A stretch of DNA of 64,000 bases. It comes from Eledone cirrhosa. Its lineage: Eukaryota. Each line of letters opens with the position of its first letter. Position 1 is the stretch's first letter. The notes below the pieces were generated by a model. That model saw only the letters and a program-made list of their open reading frames with translations. It was not told the DNA's origin and searched no databases. Positions 40,957-56,052 of the stretch are shown here, one piece after another. The DNA is taken from assembly GCA_964016885.1 (NCBI GenBank), contig OZ024766.1, positions 7,316,001-7,380,000 on the forward strand. Reading direction: 5' to 3'. A program made the position numbers and the translations under genes.

Positions 40957-41001
40957 ATTAGCCAACAATGTTTCGTCCTATTAAGGACTCATCAGGGCAA
41001 T
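40957..41001 (-). ncRNA. Minimal type I hammerhead ribozyme fold
   Basis: Minus strand: AUUGCC CUGAUGA GUCC-UUAAUA-GGAC GAAAC AUU GUU^ GGC(U)AAU. Confidence 0.72.
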
Positions 41002-41095
41002 TAAAACTTCAACACGCTCCAGTATTTTAATCCTTATATGTGTATATATATATATGTGTGTATACATATGTATATATATATATATATGTATATAT

Positions 41096-42324
<1,229 letters not shown>

Positions 42325-42346
42325 TCTCTCTCCCCTATTTTCACAG

Positions 42347-42521
42347 CTGGTGACCCAGCAGCTGAGAAGGACCAAGAGCACGCAGCACAACTGCTACAGA
42401 AAGCCTACCAGGCCCGACAGACTGCAGTGAGTATGGCTAAACAGCTGCTACACAAGCTGGACCGTAGTTGTGGCATTTTCCCGAGGCCCTGGGATGACAG
42501 GTCTAACAGTCACTCTGTCAG
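42347..42521 (+). CDS. MCC: MCC exon i ([26 protein letters not shown]...KLDRSCG..PWD)
   Basis: Acceptor tattttcacag, donor ag|gtgaat; phase 1 in, phase 2 out; matches human RKTAENAAKALLMKLDGSCG..QPW. Confidence 0.92.
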
Positions 42522-42550
42522 GTGAATACCACAACTTTAACCCTTTAGCA

Positions 42551-45500
42551 TTTACATTACTCTATATATATACTATTGTATTGTCACAGTAAAGGCTTTA
42601 CCTCACATAATATCTCACATAACATTTACATTACTCTATATATACTATTGTATTGTCACAGTAAAGGCTTTACCTCACATAATATCTCACATAACATTTA
42701 CATTACTCTATATATACTATTGTATTTTCACAGTAAAGGCTTTACCTCACATAATATCTCACATAACATTTACATTACTCTATATATACTATTGTATTGT
42801 CACAGTAAAGGCTTTACCTCACATAATATCTCACATAACATTTACATTACTCTATATATACTATTGTATTGTCACAGTAAAGGCTTTACCTCACATAATA
42901 TCTCACATAACATTTACATTACTCTATATATACTATTGTATTGTCACAGTAAAGGCTTTACCTCGCATAATATCTCACATAATATTTACATTACTCTATA
43001 TATACTATTGTATTGTCACAGTAAAGGCTTTACCTCACATAATACCTCACATAACATTTACATTACTCTATATATACTATTGTATTGTCACAGTAAAGGC
43101 TTTACCTCACATAATACCTCACATAACATTTACATTACTCTATATATACTATTGTATTTTCACAGTAAAGGCTTTACCTCACATAATATCTCATAACATT
43201 TACATTACTCTATATATACTATTGTATTGTCACAGTAAAGGCTTTACCTCACATAATATCTCACATAACATTTACATTACTCTATATATACTATTGTATT
43301 TTCACAGTAAAGGCTTTACCTCACATAATATCTCACATAACATTTACATTACTCTATATATACTATTGTATTGTCACAGTAAAGGCTTTACCTCACATAA
43401 TATCTCACATAACATTTACATTACTCTATATATACTATTGTATTGTCACAGTAAAGGCTTTACCTCACATAATACCTCACATAACATTTACATTACTCTA
43501 TATATACTATTATATTTTCACAGTAAAGGCTTTACTTCACATAATATCTCACATAACATTTACATTACTCTATATATACTATTGTATTGTCACAGTAAAG
43601 GCTTTACCTCACATAACATTTACATTACTCTATATATACTATTATATTTTCACAGTAAAGCTTTACTTTACATAATATCTCACATAACATTTACATTACT
43701 CTATATATACTATTGTATTGTCACAGTAAAGGCTTTACCTCACATAATATCTCACATAACATTTACATTACTCTATATATACTATTATATTTTCACAGTA
43801 AAGGCTTTACTTCACATAATATCTCACATAACATTTACATTACTCTATATATACTATTGTATTTTCACAGTAAAGGCTTTACCTCACATAACATTTACAT
43901 TACTCTATATATACTATTATATTTTCACAGTAAAGGCTTTACCTCACATAATACCTCACATAACATTTACATTACTCTATATATACTATTGTATTGTCAC
44001 AGTAAAGGCTTTACCTCACATAATATCTCACATAACATTTAAATTACTCTATATATACTATTGTATTGTCACAGTAAAGGCTTTACCTCACATAATATCT
44101 CACATAACATTTACATTACTCTATATATACTATTGTATTGTCACAGTAAAGGCTTTACCTCACATAATATCTCACATAACATTTACATTACTCTATATAT
44201 ACTATTGTATTTTCACAGTAAAGGCTTTACCTCACATAATATCTCACATAACATTTACATTACTCTATATATACTATTGTATTGTCACAGTAAAGGCTTT
44301 ACCTCACATAACATTTACATTACTCTATATATACTATTATATTTTCACAGTAAAGGCTTTACCTCACATAATATCTCACATAACATTTACATTACTCTAT
44401 ATATACTATTGTATTGTCACAGTAAAGGCTTTACCTCACATAATACCTCACGTAACATTTACATTACTCTATATATACTATTGTATTTTCACAGTAAAGG
44501 CTTTACCTCACATAATATCTCACATAACATTTACATTACTCTATATATACTATTGTATTTTCACAGTAAAGGCTTTACCTCACATAATATCTCACATAGC
44601 ATTTACATTACTCTATATATACTATTGTATTTTAACAGTAAAGGCTTTACCTCACATAATATCTCACATAACATTTACATTACTCTATATATACTATTGT
44701 ATTTTCACAGTAAAGGCTTTACCTCACATAATATCTCACATAACATTTACATTACTCTATATATACTATTGTATTTTCACAGTAAAGGCTTTACCTCACA
44801 TAATATCTCACATAACATTTACATTACTCTATATATACTATTGTATTTTCACAGTAAAGGCTTTACCTCACATAATATCTCACATAACATTTACATTACT
44901 CTATATATACTATTGTATTTTCACAGTAAAGGCTTTACCTCACATAATATCTCACATAACATTTACATTACTCTATATATACTATTGTATTTTCACAGTA
45001 AAGGCTTTACCTCACATAATATCTCACATAGCATTTACATTACTCTATATATACTATTGTATTTTCACAGTAAAGGCTTTACCTCACATAATATCTCACA
45101 TAACATTTACATTACTCTATATATACTATTGTATTTTCACAGTAAAGGCTTTACCTCACATAATATCTCACATAACATTTACATTACTCTATATATACTA
45201 TTGTATTTTCACAGTAAAGGCTTTACCTCACATAATATCTCACATAGCATTTACATTACTCTATATATACTATTGTATTTTCACAGTAAAGGCTTTACCT
45301 CACATAATATCTCACATAGCATTTACATTACTCTATATATACTATTGTATTTTCACAGTAAAGGCTTTACCTCACATAATATCTCACATAACATTTACAT
45401 TACTCTATATATACTATTGTATTTTCACAGTAAAGGCTTTACCTCACATAATATCTCACATAACATTTACATTACTCTATATATACTATTGTATTTTCAC

Positions 45501-45850
45501 AGTAAAGGCTTTACCTCACATAATATCTCACATAACATTTACATTACTCTATATATACTATTGTATTTTCACAGTAAAGGCTTTACCTCACATAATATCT
45601 CACATAACATTTACATTACTCTATATATACTATTGTATTTTCACAGTAAAGGCTTTACCTCACATAATATCTCACATAACATTTACATTACTCTATATAT
45701 ACTATTGTATTTTCACAGTAAAGGCTTTACCTCACATAATATCTCACATAACATTTACATTACTCTATATATACTATTGTATTGTCACAGTAAAGGCTTT
45801 ACCACACATAATATCTCACATAACATCTACATTACTCTATATATACTATT
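42551..45850. repeat. 72-bp minisatellite, about 46 copies (some 60-bp variants)
   Basis: tttacattactctatatatactattgtattttcacagtaaaggctttacctcacataatatctcacataaca. Confidence 0.95.
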
Positions 45851-45918
45851 ATATATATATACACTCGCACATACACACACATATATATATACATATAAAT
45901 ATATATATCTTCTCACAG

Positions 45919-46186
45919 TTCCACCAACATGGAGGACAACAGCAGCAGTGCAGGGGTCGGAAGAGGATGCGAGACGGTCGATTTCAGCAAATCCGACGAA
46001 CTGCGACTGCGGGAATACGTGCAGAGGCTGAAGAATGACCGCGCAGCCGTCAAGATGACCGTGATGGAGCTGGAGAGCGTCCACGTGGACCGGGTGTCCG
46101 ACTCCGGACATCAGACGCAGACCATCGACTCTCACAGCCTTGACCTGGAGAATGCTGTCCTCATGCAGGAGTTGATGGCTATGAAG
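45919..46186 (+). CDS. MCC: MCC exon j (...DELRLREYVQRLKNDRAAVK...LDLENAVLMQELMAMK)
   Basis: Acceptor cttctcacag, donor aag|gtaggt; near-identical to the recalled human motif. Confidence 0.96.
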
Positions 46187-46189
46187 GTA

Positions 46190-47470
46190 GGTGTGGTGCT
46201 GTGTAGGTGTGTTGGTGGTGTGTGTGTGGTGCTATGGGGTGCTCTGGTCCTTTGGCACACTTGTGGTGTGTGTGTGTGTGGCGCTATGGGGTGCCCTGGG
46301 GGCCTTTGACACACTTGTGGTGGTGTGTGTGGCGCAATGGGGTGCCCTGGGGTCCTTTGGCACACTTGTGGTGGTGTGTGTGGCGCAATGGGGTGCCCTG
46401 GGGTCCTTTGGCACACTTGTGGTGGTGTGTGTGGCGCAATGGGGTGCCCTGGTGTCCTTTGACACACTTCTGGTGGTGTGTGTGTGTGTGTGGCGCTATG
46501 GGGTGCCCTGGGGTCCTTTGGCACACTTGTGGTGGTGTGTGTGGCGCAATGGGGTGCCCTGGGGCCTTTGGCACACTTGTGGTGGTGTGTGTGGTGCAAT
46601 GGGGTGCCCTGGGGTCCTTTGACACACTTGTGGTGGTGTGTGTGGCGCAATGGGGTGCCCTGGGGTCCTTTGACACACTTGTGGTGGTGTGTGTGGCGCT
46701 ATGGGGTGCCCTGGGGTCCTTTGGCACACTTGTGGTGGTGTGTGTGGTGCAATGGGGTGTCCTGGGCCTTTGGCACACTTGTGGTGGTGTGTGTGGCGCT
46801 ATGGGGTGCCCTGGGGTCCTTTGACACACTTGTGGTGGTGTGTGTGTGTGTGGAGCTATGGGGTGCCCTGGGGTCCTTTGGCACACTTGTGGTGGTGTGT
46901 TGGTGGTGTGTGTGTGGCGCTATGGGGTGCCCTGGGGGCCTTTGGCATACTTGTGGTGGTGTGTGTGTGTGTGGCGTTATGGGGTGCCCTGGGGTTCTTT
47001 GGCACACTTGTGGTGGTGTGTTGGTGGTGTGTGTGTGGCGCTATGGGGTGCCCTGGGGGCCTTTGACATACTTGTGGTGGTGTGTGTGTGTGTGGAGCTA
47101 TGGGCTGCCCTGGGCCTTTGGCACACTTGTGGTGGTGTGTGTGGTGCAATGGGGTGCCCTGGGGTCCTTTGACACACTTGTGGTGGTGTGTGTGTGTGTG
47201 TGGAGCTATGGGCTGCCCTGGGCCTTTGGCACACTTGTGGTGGTGTGTGTGGCGCTATGGGCTGCCCTGGGCCTTTGGCACACTTGTGGTGGTGTGTGTA
47301 GCGCTATGGGGTGCCCTGGGGTCCTTTGACACACTTGTGGTGGTGTGTGTGTGGAGCTATGGGCTGCCCTGGGCCTTTGACACACTTGTGGTGGTGTGTA
47401 GGTGTGTTGGTGGTGTGTGTGTGGCGCTATGGGCTGCCCTGGGGGCCTCTGGCACACTTGTGGTGGGGTC
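46190..47470. repeat. GC-rich ~51-60 bp variable minisatellite starting at the exon j donor
   Basis: gcacacttgtggtggtgtgtgtggcgcaatggggtgccctggggtcctttg. Confidence 0.9.
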
Positions 47471-47658
47471 TAGGAGTGGTGGTGTGTGCGTGACACCATG
47501 GGCTCCCCTGGCGCACTCAGAGAGGGTGTGTAGGAGTGGTGGTCTTTACGAAGGACCGTGGCAAGTGGAGAGATGCTGTGCTGAATAGGACCCATCCCAC
47601 CCTTGCAAGCAGGGAAAAGTGCATGTAAAATGGTGATGATATATATATATATATATAT

Positions 47659-47988
47659 GGAGGCACATGGCTTAGTGGTTAGAGCATTGGGCTTGCAATC
47701 GACAGGTTGTGGGTTCAATTCTCAGACCGGGTGATGTGTTGTGTCCTTGAGCAAGACACTTTATTTCACATTGCTCCAGTTTACTCAGCTGTAGAAATGA
47801 GATGATAGGGACTGGGGTCTCTATCATTCCACTGCAAAGTGGTCGTGTAGGCACCACAGCAAAAAAGCACCCAGCACTCACTGTAAATGAGGTTAGTGTT
47901 AGGAAGGGCATCTAGCTGTAGAAATCAAGCCAGTATCAGTTCCCGTCCCACCCTTGCTAGCAGGGAAAAGCGGACGTAAAAATGATGA
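47659..47988 (+). mobile_element. SINE family A (tRNA-like head, CORE-like body, RTE-derived tail), full length
   Basis: A box tggcttagtgg, B box gggttcaattc, core gtgtccttgagcaagacactt, tail shared with the RTE 3' UTR. Confidence 0.85.
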
Positions 47989-48025
47989 TATAAATATCTG
48001 TTTGTGTTTTGTGTTCAATCCCCAG

Positions 48026-48208
48026 GAAGAGAAAGCAGAGCTAAAGTCCCAGAATTATCTGCTAGAGAAGGAGAAGAAAGCTTTAGATCTTCGCATGAGC
48101 GACAAGGAGTCCCAGAGTCAGGCTTACCGGCTCCAAATCGACCATTTAAATAATGAAATCAAAGAGTTACAGCACCAACTTAAAGAACGACACAGTTCCA
48201 GACATATG
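48026..48208 (+). CDS. MCC: MCC exon k (EEKAELKSQNYLLEKEKKALDLR...SSRHM)
   Basis: Acceptor ccccag, donor atg|gtgaga; 61 codons; matches EEMAELKAQLYLLEKEKKALEL. Confidence 0.95.
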
Positions 48209-48392
48209 GTGAGATACTCTCTCTCTCTATATATCTGTATCTCTCTCTCATATATATCTATATATGTGTCTCTTTCTGTCTGTTTATATATTTGTCTCTC
48301 TCTCTCTATATATATATATATATTTGTCTTTCTCTCTCTCTATATATATATATGTCTTTCTCTCACTCTCTCTCTCTCTATATATATATTTG

Positions 48393-48423
<31 letters not shown>

Positions 48424-48675
48424 TTGTCTCTCTCTCTCTATACACATATATATGTCTCTCTCTCTCTACATATATATATCTCTCTCTCTCTACATATATA
48501 TATATATGTCTTTCTTTCTCTCTCTCTATATATATATATATACACACTCATTCTCTCTCTATATATATATGTATATATATGTGTCTCTCTCTATATAAAT
48601 ATCTCTCTCTCTCTATATATATATATATCTTTCTTTCTCTCTGTCTATATATATACACACACCTTTCTCTCTATA

Positions 48676-48722
<47 letters not shown>

Positions 48723-48837
48723 GTCTTTCTCTCGCTCTCTCTCTATATATATATATATGTCTTTCTCTCTCTCTATATATATATATAAACACACTCATTC
48801 TCTCTCTCCCTCTCTCTCTCACCACCACCACCACCAG

Positions 48838-49100
48838 GATGTAGTGGACAACGCAGACAACCGAGCTGGCGGCACACCGCCACCTCCCCACTCGTCGACC
48901 AGTGGCAGCAGTGGTGCTGGCACGATGGGGAGCCTGGACAACAGCTACGCGACGGAGATTAGCGAGGCCCTTAGAAGGGAGAAGAAGTTGAAATGTAGAA
49001 TTCAAGAGCTGATGTCAACGTTGGAGAAACTCTCCCGAAACTCAGAAATACGACAGCAGCAATCGACGGAGTTTGTCAACGATTTGAAGCGAGCCAATTG
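48838..49100 (+). CDS. MCC: MCC exon l (DVVDNAD...RREKKLKCRIQEL...FVNDLKRAN)
   Basis: Acceptor accaccag after a (CT)n tract, donor tg|gtgagt; phase 2 out. Confidence 0.92.
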
Positions 49101-49228
49101 GTGAGTTGGGTTACCGGACGTACCAACCCCCTGCTCTCTCCGTTTTTTTTTAATCCCTTTTTTTTTTATTTTTAGTTTGTTTGTCTTATTTTAAATTTGT
49201 TTGCAAGCTTATATATATATATATATAT

Positions 49229-49351
<123 letters not shown>

Positions 49352-49356
49352 TATAC

Positions 49357-49401
<45 letters not shown>

Positions 49402-49434
49402 TATACATATATATATATATACATATATATATGC

Positions 49435-49482
<48 letters not shown>

Positions 49483-49529
49483 TATATGGTAGATTATCAA
49501 TGAAACATTTGTAAATCGATTATATATAT

Positions 49530-49564
<35 letters not shown>

Positions 49565-49709
49565 AAAACATACATATATATATACACCTATATATATGTG
49601 TGTGTGTGTGTATATATATATGTTTAATCTACCATATATATACATACATATATATATATGTATATATATATACATATATATATATATATGTATATGTATA
49701 TATATATAT

Positions 49710-50316
49710 GTCAGGTCACAAGTTGGTGCTACTGGTAACATATATCCCAGTACAACCTGTACCATGGTCAGGTCGTTGGCGAATAAACTGGCAACCCCAC
49801 CAAGGTTTCTTGGTGAGGAGGGTGACTTTGGACATCCTGCAGGACTAAAAACAAAACCTGTCAAAGGGCAAAGGAGCTCTTAAGAGTCAATGGCCATCCA
49901 AAATCACCAGGAGAGATGACCCCTTAGCCTTTGTCAAGGCGGAATTCTAGAAGGAAAACTCTGATATAACACCTGCAACTCTGATGGTATCCAATGATGT
50001 TGACTTGTTCTTCTTTTTGGTAAATATCATCTTGGTTAAGAGAGTGGGACTGGCTTTGTGCAGTGCTTTTGCTCACTATAAAAGCTTCACAGCACAGGCA
50101 TTGCTTTATATCTGTAGATCTCTCTGCACTCGTCGTCACATGGTACCATGGGCCCAGCACTATGTGTCAATAATTGTCACAAGTGTAGTGTTTGTACCAG
50201 AGTTTTCAAGTTGCTGGCTGGACTAAACAGTCACACTCGTTCAGCGCATCGGTAGGGGTTCTCCTACATGGATATAAAGTAGTGGCCGTACTCGAAAACG
50301 AGTTGGCAGCCACCAT
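49710..50316 (+). mobile_element. Bipartite non-autonomous RTE-derived element (~600 bp)
   Basis: 3' part reads [23 protein letters not shown] (RTE-type C-terminal C2H2 finger); no RT. Other copies at 26208-26806(-), 21601-21933(+), 29993-30228(-). Confidence 0.65.
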
Positions 50317-50551
50317 ATATATATGTATATATATAGGAACAAGTAAAACCCCGACAGCTGAGCTCAAGCCATTTCGACGGCTAAGTCCAGAATTAGCCAT
50401 CGAAACGGCTTGAGCTCAGCCGTCGGGGTCTTACTTGTTCCTATTACCCACTCTACTACCCTAAGTATTGAGTACTTTGGTGCGTTATGGTCCACCTGGT
50501 TCCTTACCACATTTCCTTCGTTATGTATATATATATATATGTATATGTATG

Positions 50552-50582
<31 letters not shown>

Positions 50583-50806
50583 GTATATGTATGTATATAT
50601 ATATATGTATATGTATATATATGTATATATATATATATGTATATGTATATATATATGTATATGTATATGTATATGTATGTATATGTATATGTATGTATAT
50701 GTATATATATATATATATATATGTATATGTATATATGTATGTGTATATATATATATATATATAAGTTATTTGGAAGAATAATGTAGAAATGTCCAATATA
50801 TTTCAG

Positions 50807-50909
50807 TGCCTTGATATCAGCTTTCGAGAAAGCCAAGAAAAAGTATCAAAACCGTTTAAAAAAGATGGACTCTCAGATGCAGGAGATGAAGAAACAATAC
50901 GAAAAACAG
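50807..50909 (+). CDS. MCC: MCC exon m ([24 protein letters not shown]...YEKQ)
   Basis: Acceptor tatttcag, donor cag|gtgacc; matches LVAAYEKAKKKHQNKLKKLESQM. Confidence 0.93.
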
Positions 50910-50929
50910 GTGACCATTCCCTGATTCTG

Positions 50930-52300
50930 TTACCATTCTACCATCCTACTATTCTACCATAATACCATTCCACCATTCTACCATAATACCATTCCACCAT
51001 TCTACCATAATACCATAATACCATTCTACCATTCCACCATTCTACCATAATACCATAATACCATTCTACCATTCCACCATTCTACCATAATACCATAATA
51101 CCATTCTACCATTCCACCATTCTACCATAATACCATAATACCATTCTACCATTCCACCATTCTACCATTATACCATAATACCATTCCACCATTCTACCAT
51201 TCTACCATCCCACTATTCTACCATAATACCATTCTACCATAATACCATTCCACCATTCTACCATAATACCATTCTACCATTCTACCATAATACCATTCCA
51301 CCATTCTACCATAATACCATTCTACCATTCTACCATAATACCATTCTACCATAATACCATTCCACCATTCTACCATAATACCATTCCACCATTCTACCAT
51401 AATACCATTCTACCATTCTACCATAATACCATTCTACCATAATACCATTCCACCATTCTACCATAATACCATTCCACCATTCTAATATTAATACCATTCT
51501 ACCATTCTACCATTCTACCATTCCACCATTCTACCATAATACCATTCTACCATTCTACCATAATACCATTCCACCATTCTACCATAATACCATAATACCA
51601 TTCTACCATAATAGCATTCTACCATTATACCATAATACCATTCTACCATCCCACCATTCCACCATTCCACCATAATACCATAATACCATTCTACCATCCT
51701 ACCATTCCACCATTCTACCATCCTACCATAATACCATTCAACCATAATACCATTCTACCATTCCACCATAATACCATTCTACCATAATACCATTCTACCA
51801 TAATACCATTCTACCATGATACCATTCTACCATGATACCATTCTACCATTCCACCATAATACCATTCTACCATAATACCATTCTACCATTCTACCATCCC
51901 ACCATTCTACCATTCCACCATTCCACCATTCTACCATAATACCATTCTACCATTCTACCATTCCACCATTCTACCATTCCACCATTCTACCATAATACCA
52001 TTCTACCATTCTACCATAATACCATTCTACCATTCCACCATTCTACCATAATACCATTCTACCATTCTACCATTCCACCATAATACCATGACACCATTCT
52101 ACCATTCTACCATAATACCATTCTACCATTCTACCATCATACCATTCTACCATTCTACCATTCCACCATAATACCATGACACCATTCTACCATTCTACCA
52201 TAATACCATTCCACCATTCTACCATAATACCATTCCACCATTCTACCATTCTACCATTCTACCATTCTACCATCATACCATTCTACCATGATACCATAAT
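50930..52300. repeat. 8-bp mosaic repeat (ACCATTCT/ACCATAAT/ACCATTCC)n
   Basis: Direct reading. Confidence 0.9.
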
Positions 52301-53662
52301 ATGTAATGTGTGTGTGTATATATGTGTGTGTATGTATATATGTGTGTATGTGTATATGTGGGTGTGGGTTTAACTGTGTATATATATATGTGTATATCTG
52401 TGTGTATGTATGTATATATGTGTGTATGTGTGTATGTATGTATATATGTGTATGTGTATGTGGGTGTGTATGTGTATGTATGTGTATATGTGTATGTGTA
52501 TATATGTATGTGGGTGTGTATATGTGTGTATGTGTATATGTGTGTGTGTATGTATATATGTATATGTGTATGTATGTGTGTATATGTGTATGTATGTATG
52601 TATGTGAGTGTGTATGTGTTTATGTGTGTGTGGGTGTGTATATGTGTATGTGTGTGTGTGGGTGTGTATGTATATATGGGTGTGGATATGTGTGTATGTA
52701 TGTGTATATGTATATATGTGTGTATGTATATGTGTGTGTATGTGGGTGTGTATGTGTATATGTGTGTGTATATATGTATATATGTGTGTATGTATGTGTA
52801 TATGTATATATGTGTGTGTGTGTATGTATGTGTGTGTGTGTATGTATGTATGTGGGTGTGTATGTGTATATGTGTGTATATGTGTATGTGTATGTATATG
52901 TGTATGTGTATATGTGTGTATATGTGTATGTGTATATGTGTGTGTGTGTATATGTGTGTGTAATGTGTGTATATGTGTATGTATATATGTGTGTGTGTGT
53001 ATGTATGTATATATGTGTGTATGTATGTGTATATGTGTATATATGTATGTGGGTGTGTATGTGTATATGTGTGTGTATATGTGTATGTGGGTGTGTATAT
53101 GTATGTGGGTGTGTATATATGTGTATGTGTGTGTGTGTATATGTGTGTATGTGTGTGTAATGTGTGTATGTGTATGTGTATGTGTGTGTATGTGTATATG
53201 TGTGTGTATGTGTATGTGTATATGTGTGTGTATGTGTATATGTATATGTGTACGTGTGTATGTGTGTGTAATGTGTGTATGTGTATGTGTATGTGTGTGT
53301 GTAATGTGTGTATGTGTGTGTATGTGTATATGTATATGTGTATGTGTGTATGTGTGTGTATGTGTATATGTGTATATGTGTGTGTATATGTGTATGTGTA
53401 TATGTATATATGTGTGTGTGTATATGTGTGTATGTGTATGTATATATGTGTGTGTGTGTATATGTGTGTATGTGTATATGTGTGTGTGTAATGTGTGTGT
53501 AATGTGTGTATGTGTGTGTGTGTATATGTGTGTGTAATGTGTGTGTGTGTGTATATGTGTGTATGTGTAATGTGTGTGTATATGTGTGTGTGGGTGTGTA
53601 TGTGTGTATGTGTATATATGTATATATGTGTGTGTGTATATGTGTATGTGTATATGTATATA

Positions 53663-53695
<33 letters not shown>

Positions 53696-53699
53696 GTAA

Positions 53700-53732
<33 letters not shown>

Positions 53733-53802
53733 ATATGTGTGTATGTGTATATGTGTGTGTGTATATGTGTGTGTAATGTGTGTATATGTGTATGTGTATA
53801 TG

Positions 53803-53843
<41 letters not shown>

Positions 53844-53880
53844 GTAATGTGTGTGTGTGTGTATATGTGTGTGTGTGGGT
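52300..53880. repeat. (TG)/(TA) compound microsatellite, one of dozens of such tracts in the window
   Basis: Direct reading. Confidence 0.9.
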
Positions 53881-53904
53881 TTAACTGTTATCTTCTCGTT
53901 GCAG

Positions 53905-53985
53905 CTACGCCAGTATGAGCAGCGGCCATCACTGCTGGAAGACAAGGTGCACGCAGCCGCTTCAACCAATGAGACGTCGTTATAG
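53905..53985 (+). CDS. MCC: MCC terminal coding exon n (LRQYEQRPSLLEDKVHAAASTNETSL*)
   Basis: Acceptor ttctcgttgcag; ends in TNETSL-stop, like the class I PDZ-binding C-terminus of vertebrate MCC. Confidence 0.92.
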   Translation, partial: LRQYEQRPSLLEDKVHAAASTNETSL

Positions 53986-54964
53986 CAACAACAAAACCTC
54001 CCCTGCCTCCCCCGCCTTCCTCTCCTCCCCCACCTTCGTCCTATCATGTGCCTCCCTCCCTCCCTCCCCTTTTTGGACGCCGCCGCCACCACCACCACCA
54101 TCATTGTTGACACCACTACCACCTCGCCACCACTACACCACCACCACTACACCACCACCACCACTACCACCAACACTACACCACTGTCACCACCACTACC
54201 ACTAACACTACACCACTACCACCACCAACACCACTACACCACTAACACCACCACTACACCACTACCACCACCACCACACCAACACCACCACACCAACACC
54301 ACCAACACCACTACACCACCACTACCACCACCACTACACCACTAACACCACCACTACACCACTACCACCACACCAACACCACTACACCACCAACACCACT
54401 ACCACCACCACTACACCACTACCACCACCACCACACCAACACCACTACACCACCAACACCACTACACCACCACTACCACCACTACACCACCACTACACCA
54501 CCAACACCACTACACCACTACCACCACCACTACCACCACTAACACCACTACACCACCACCAACACCACTACCACCACCACTACACCACTAACACCACTAC
54601 ACCACCAACACCACTACCACTAACACTACACCACTACCACCACTGTCACCACCACTACACCACCAACACCACCACCACTAACACTACACCACTACCACTA
54701 ACACCACCACCAACACCACTACACCACTACCACTAACACCACCACCACTACACCACCACACCACCAACACCACTACCACCTCTACAACCTCCACACCACC
54801 ACCACCCCCATCATCACCTCTACACTCACCCCCAACTAGAACCACCACCACCACCACCACCACCACCTCCACCACCGCCTCCACCACCACCACAGCAGCT
54901 CGTCTTTTATACTACGCGGTATATATACACAAACATACACGCCTGTACACACTGCCTCCCCCAC

Positions 54965-55077
<113 letters not shown>

Positions 55078-55078
55078 C

Positions 55079-55145
<67 letters not shown>

Positions 55146-55169
55146 CATATATATACATATATATATGTA

Positions 55170-55224
<55 letters not shown>

Positions 55225-55314
55225 CATCATCATCACACTTACTATGTATTTCTCTTTATCTATCTAACTATCTACACTCACATATATATACATGCATATA
55301 TATGTATATATATG

Positions 55315-55405
<91 letters not shown>

Positions 55406-55416
55406 GTATATATATG

Positions 55417-55452
<36 letters not shown>

Positions 55453-55470
55453 TGTGTATATATATATGTG

Positions 55471-55572
<102 letters not shown>

Positions 55573-55599
55573 CATATATATACATATATATATATATAC

Positions 55600-55644
<45 letters not shown>

Positions 55645-55651
55645 TATACAC

Positions 55652-55694
<43 letters not shown>

Positions 55695-55824
55695 TACATA
55701 CACACACACCCACCCACGGCCCTCCCCTCTCTCTATTTATCAACACCTCCCCTCCTCCCCCTACATATATTTATCTTATTCTCCCCACCCCCACCACTTC
55801 ATGTTTGTAACATTTATATGAAAA

Positions 55825-55906
55825 AATAAATTTGCTTAAAAATATAAACAGTTAAAATAAAATAAAATTTAAAAATTAAATAATTGATAATTAAAATAAA
55901 AATAAA
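55825..55906 (+). terminator. Candidate MCC polyadenylation signal cluster
   Basis: Several AATAAA hexamers about 1.85 kb after the stop, followed by a GT/T-rich stretch (tgtctttgttatttttt). Confidence 0.5.
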
Positions 55907-56052
55907 ATGAATGTCTTTGTTATTTTTACTTGAGTTCCCAGTTCCCAGATGTTCACTGTGTTGAGCTTGTTGTAGACTGCACATCAACGGGAGACAGGCT
56001 CCATAAAGTTTGGTCCCCAACAGCAGAGTGTGTCCCTTTATATTTACATTAT

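Noticed and set aside
42576-46038. 938-aa and 656-aa repeat ORFs
   Set aside because: They come from the 72-bp satellite inside an MCC intron and are out of frame with the real exon.
47659-47730. tRNA gene
   Set aside because: A and B boxes are present, but the sequence continues into a SINE core and tail and is multicopy; no clean cloverleaf.
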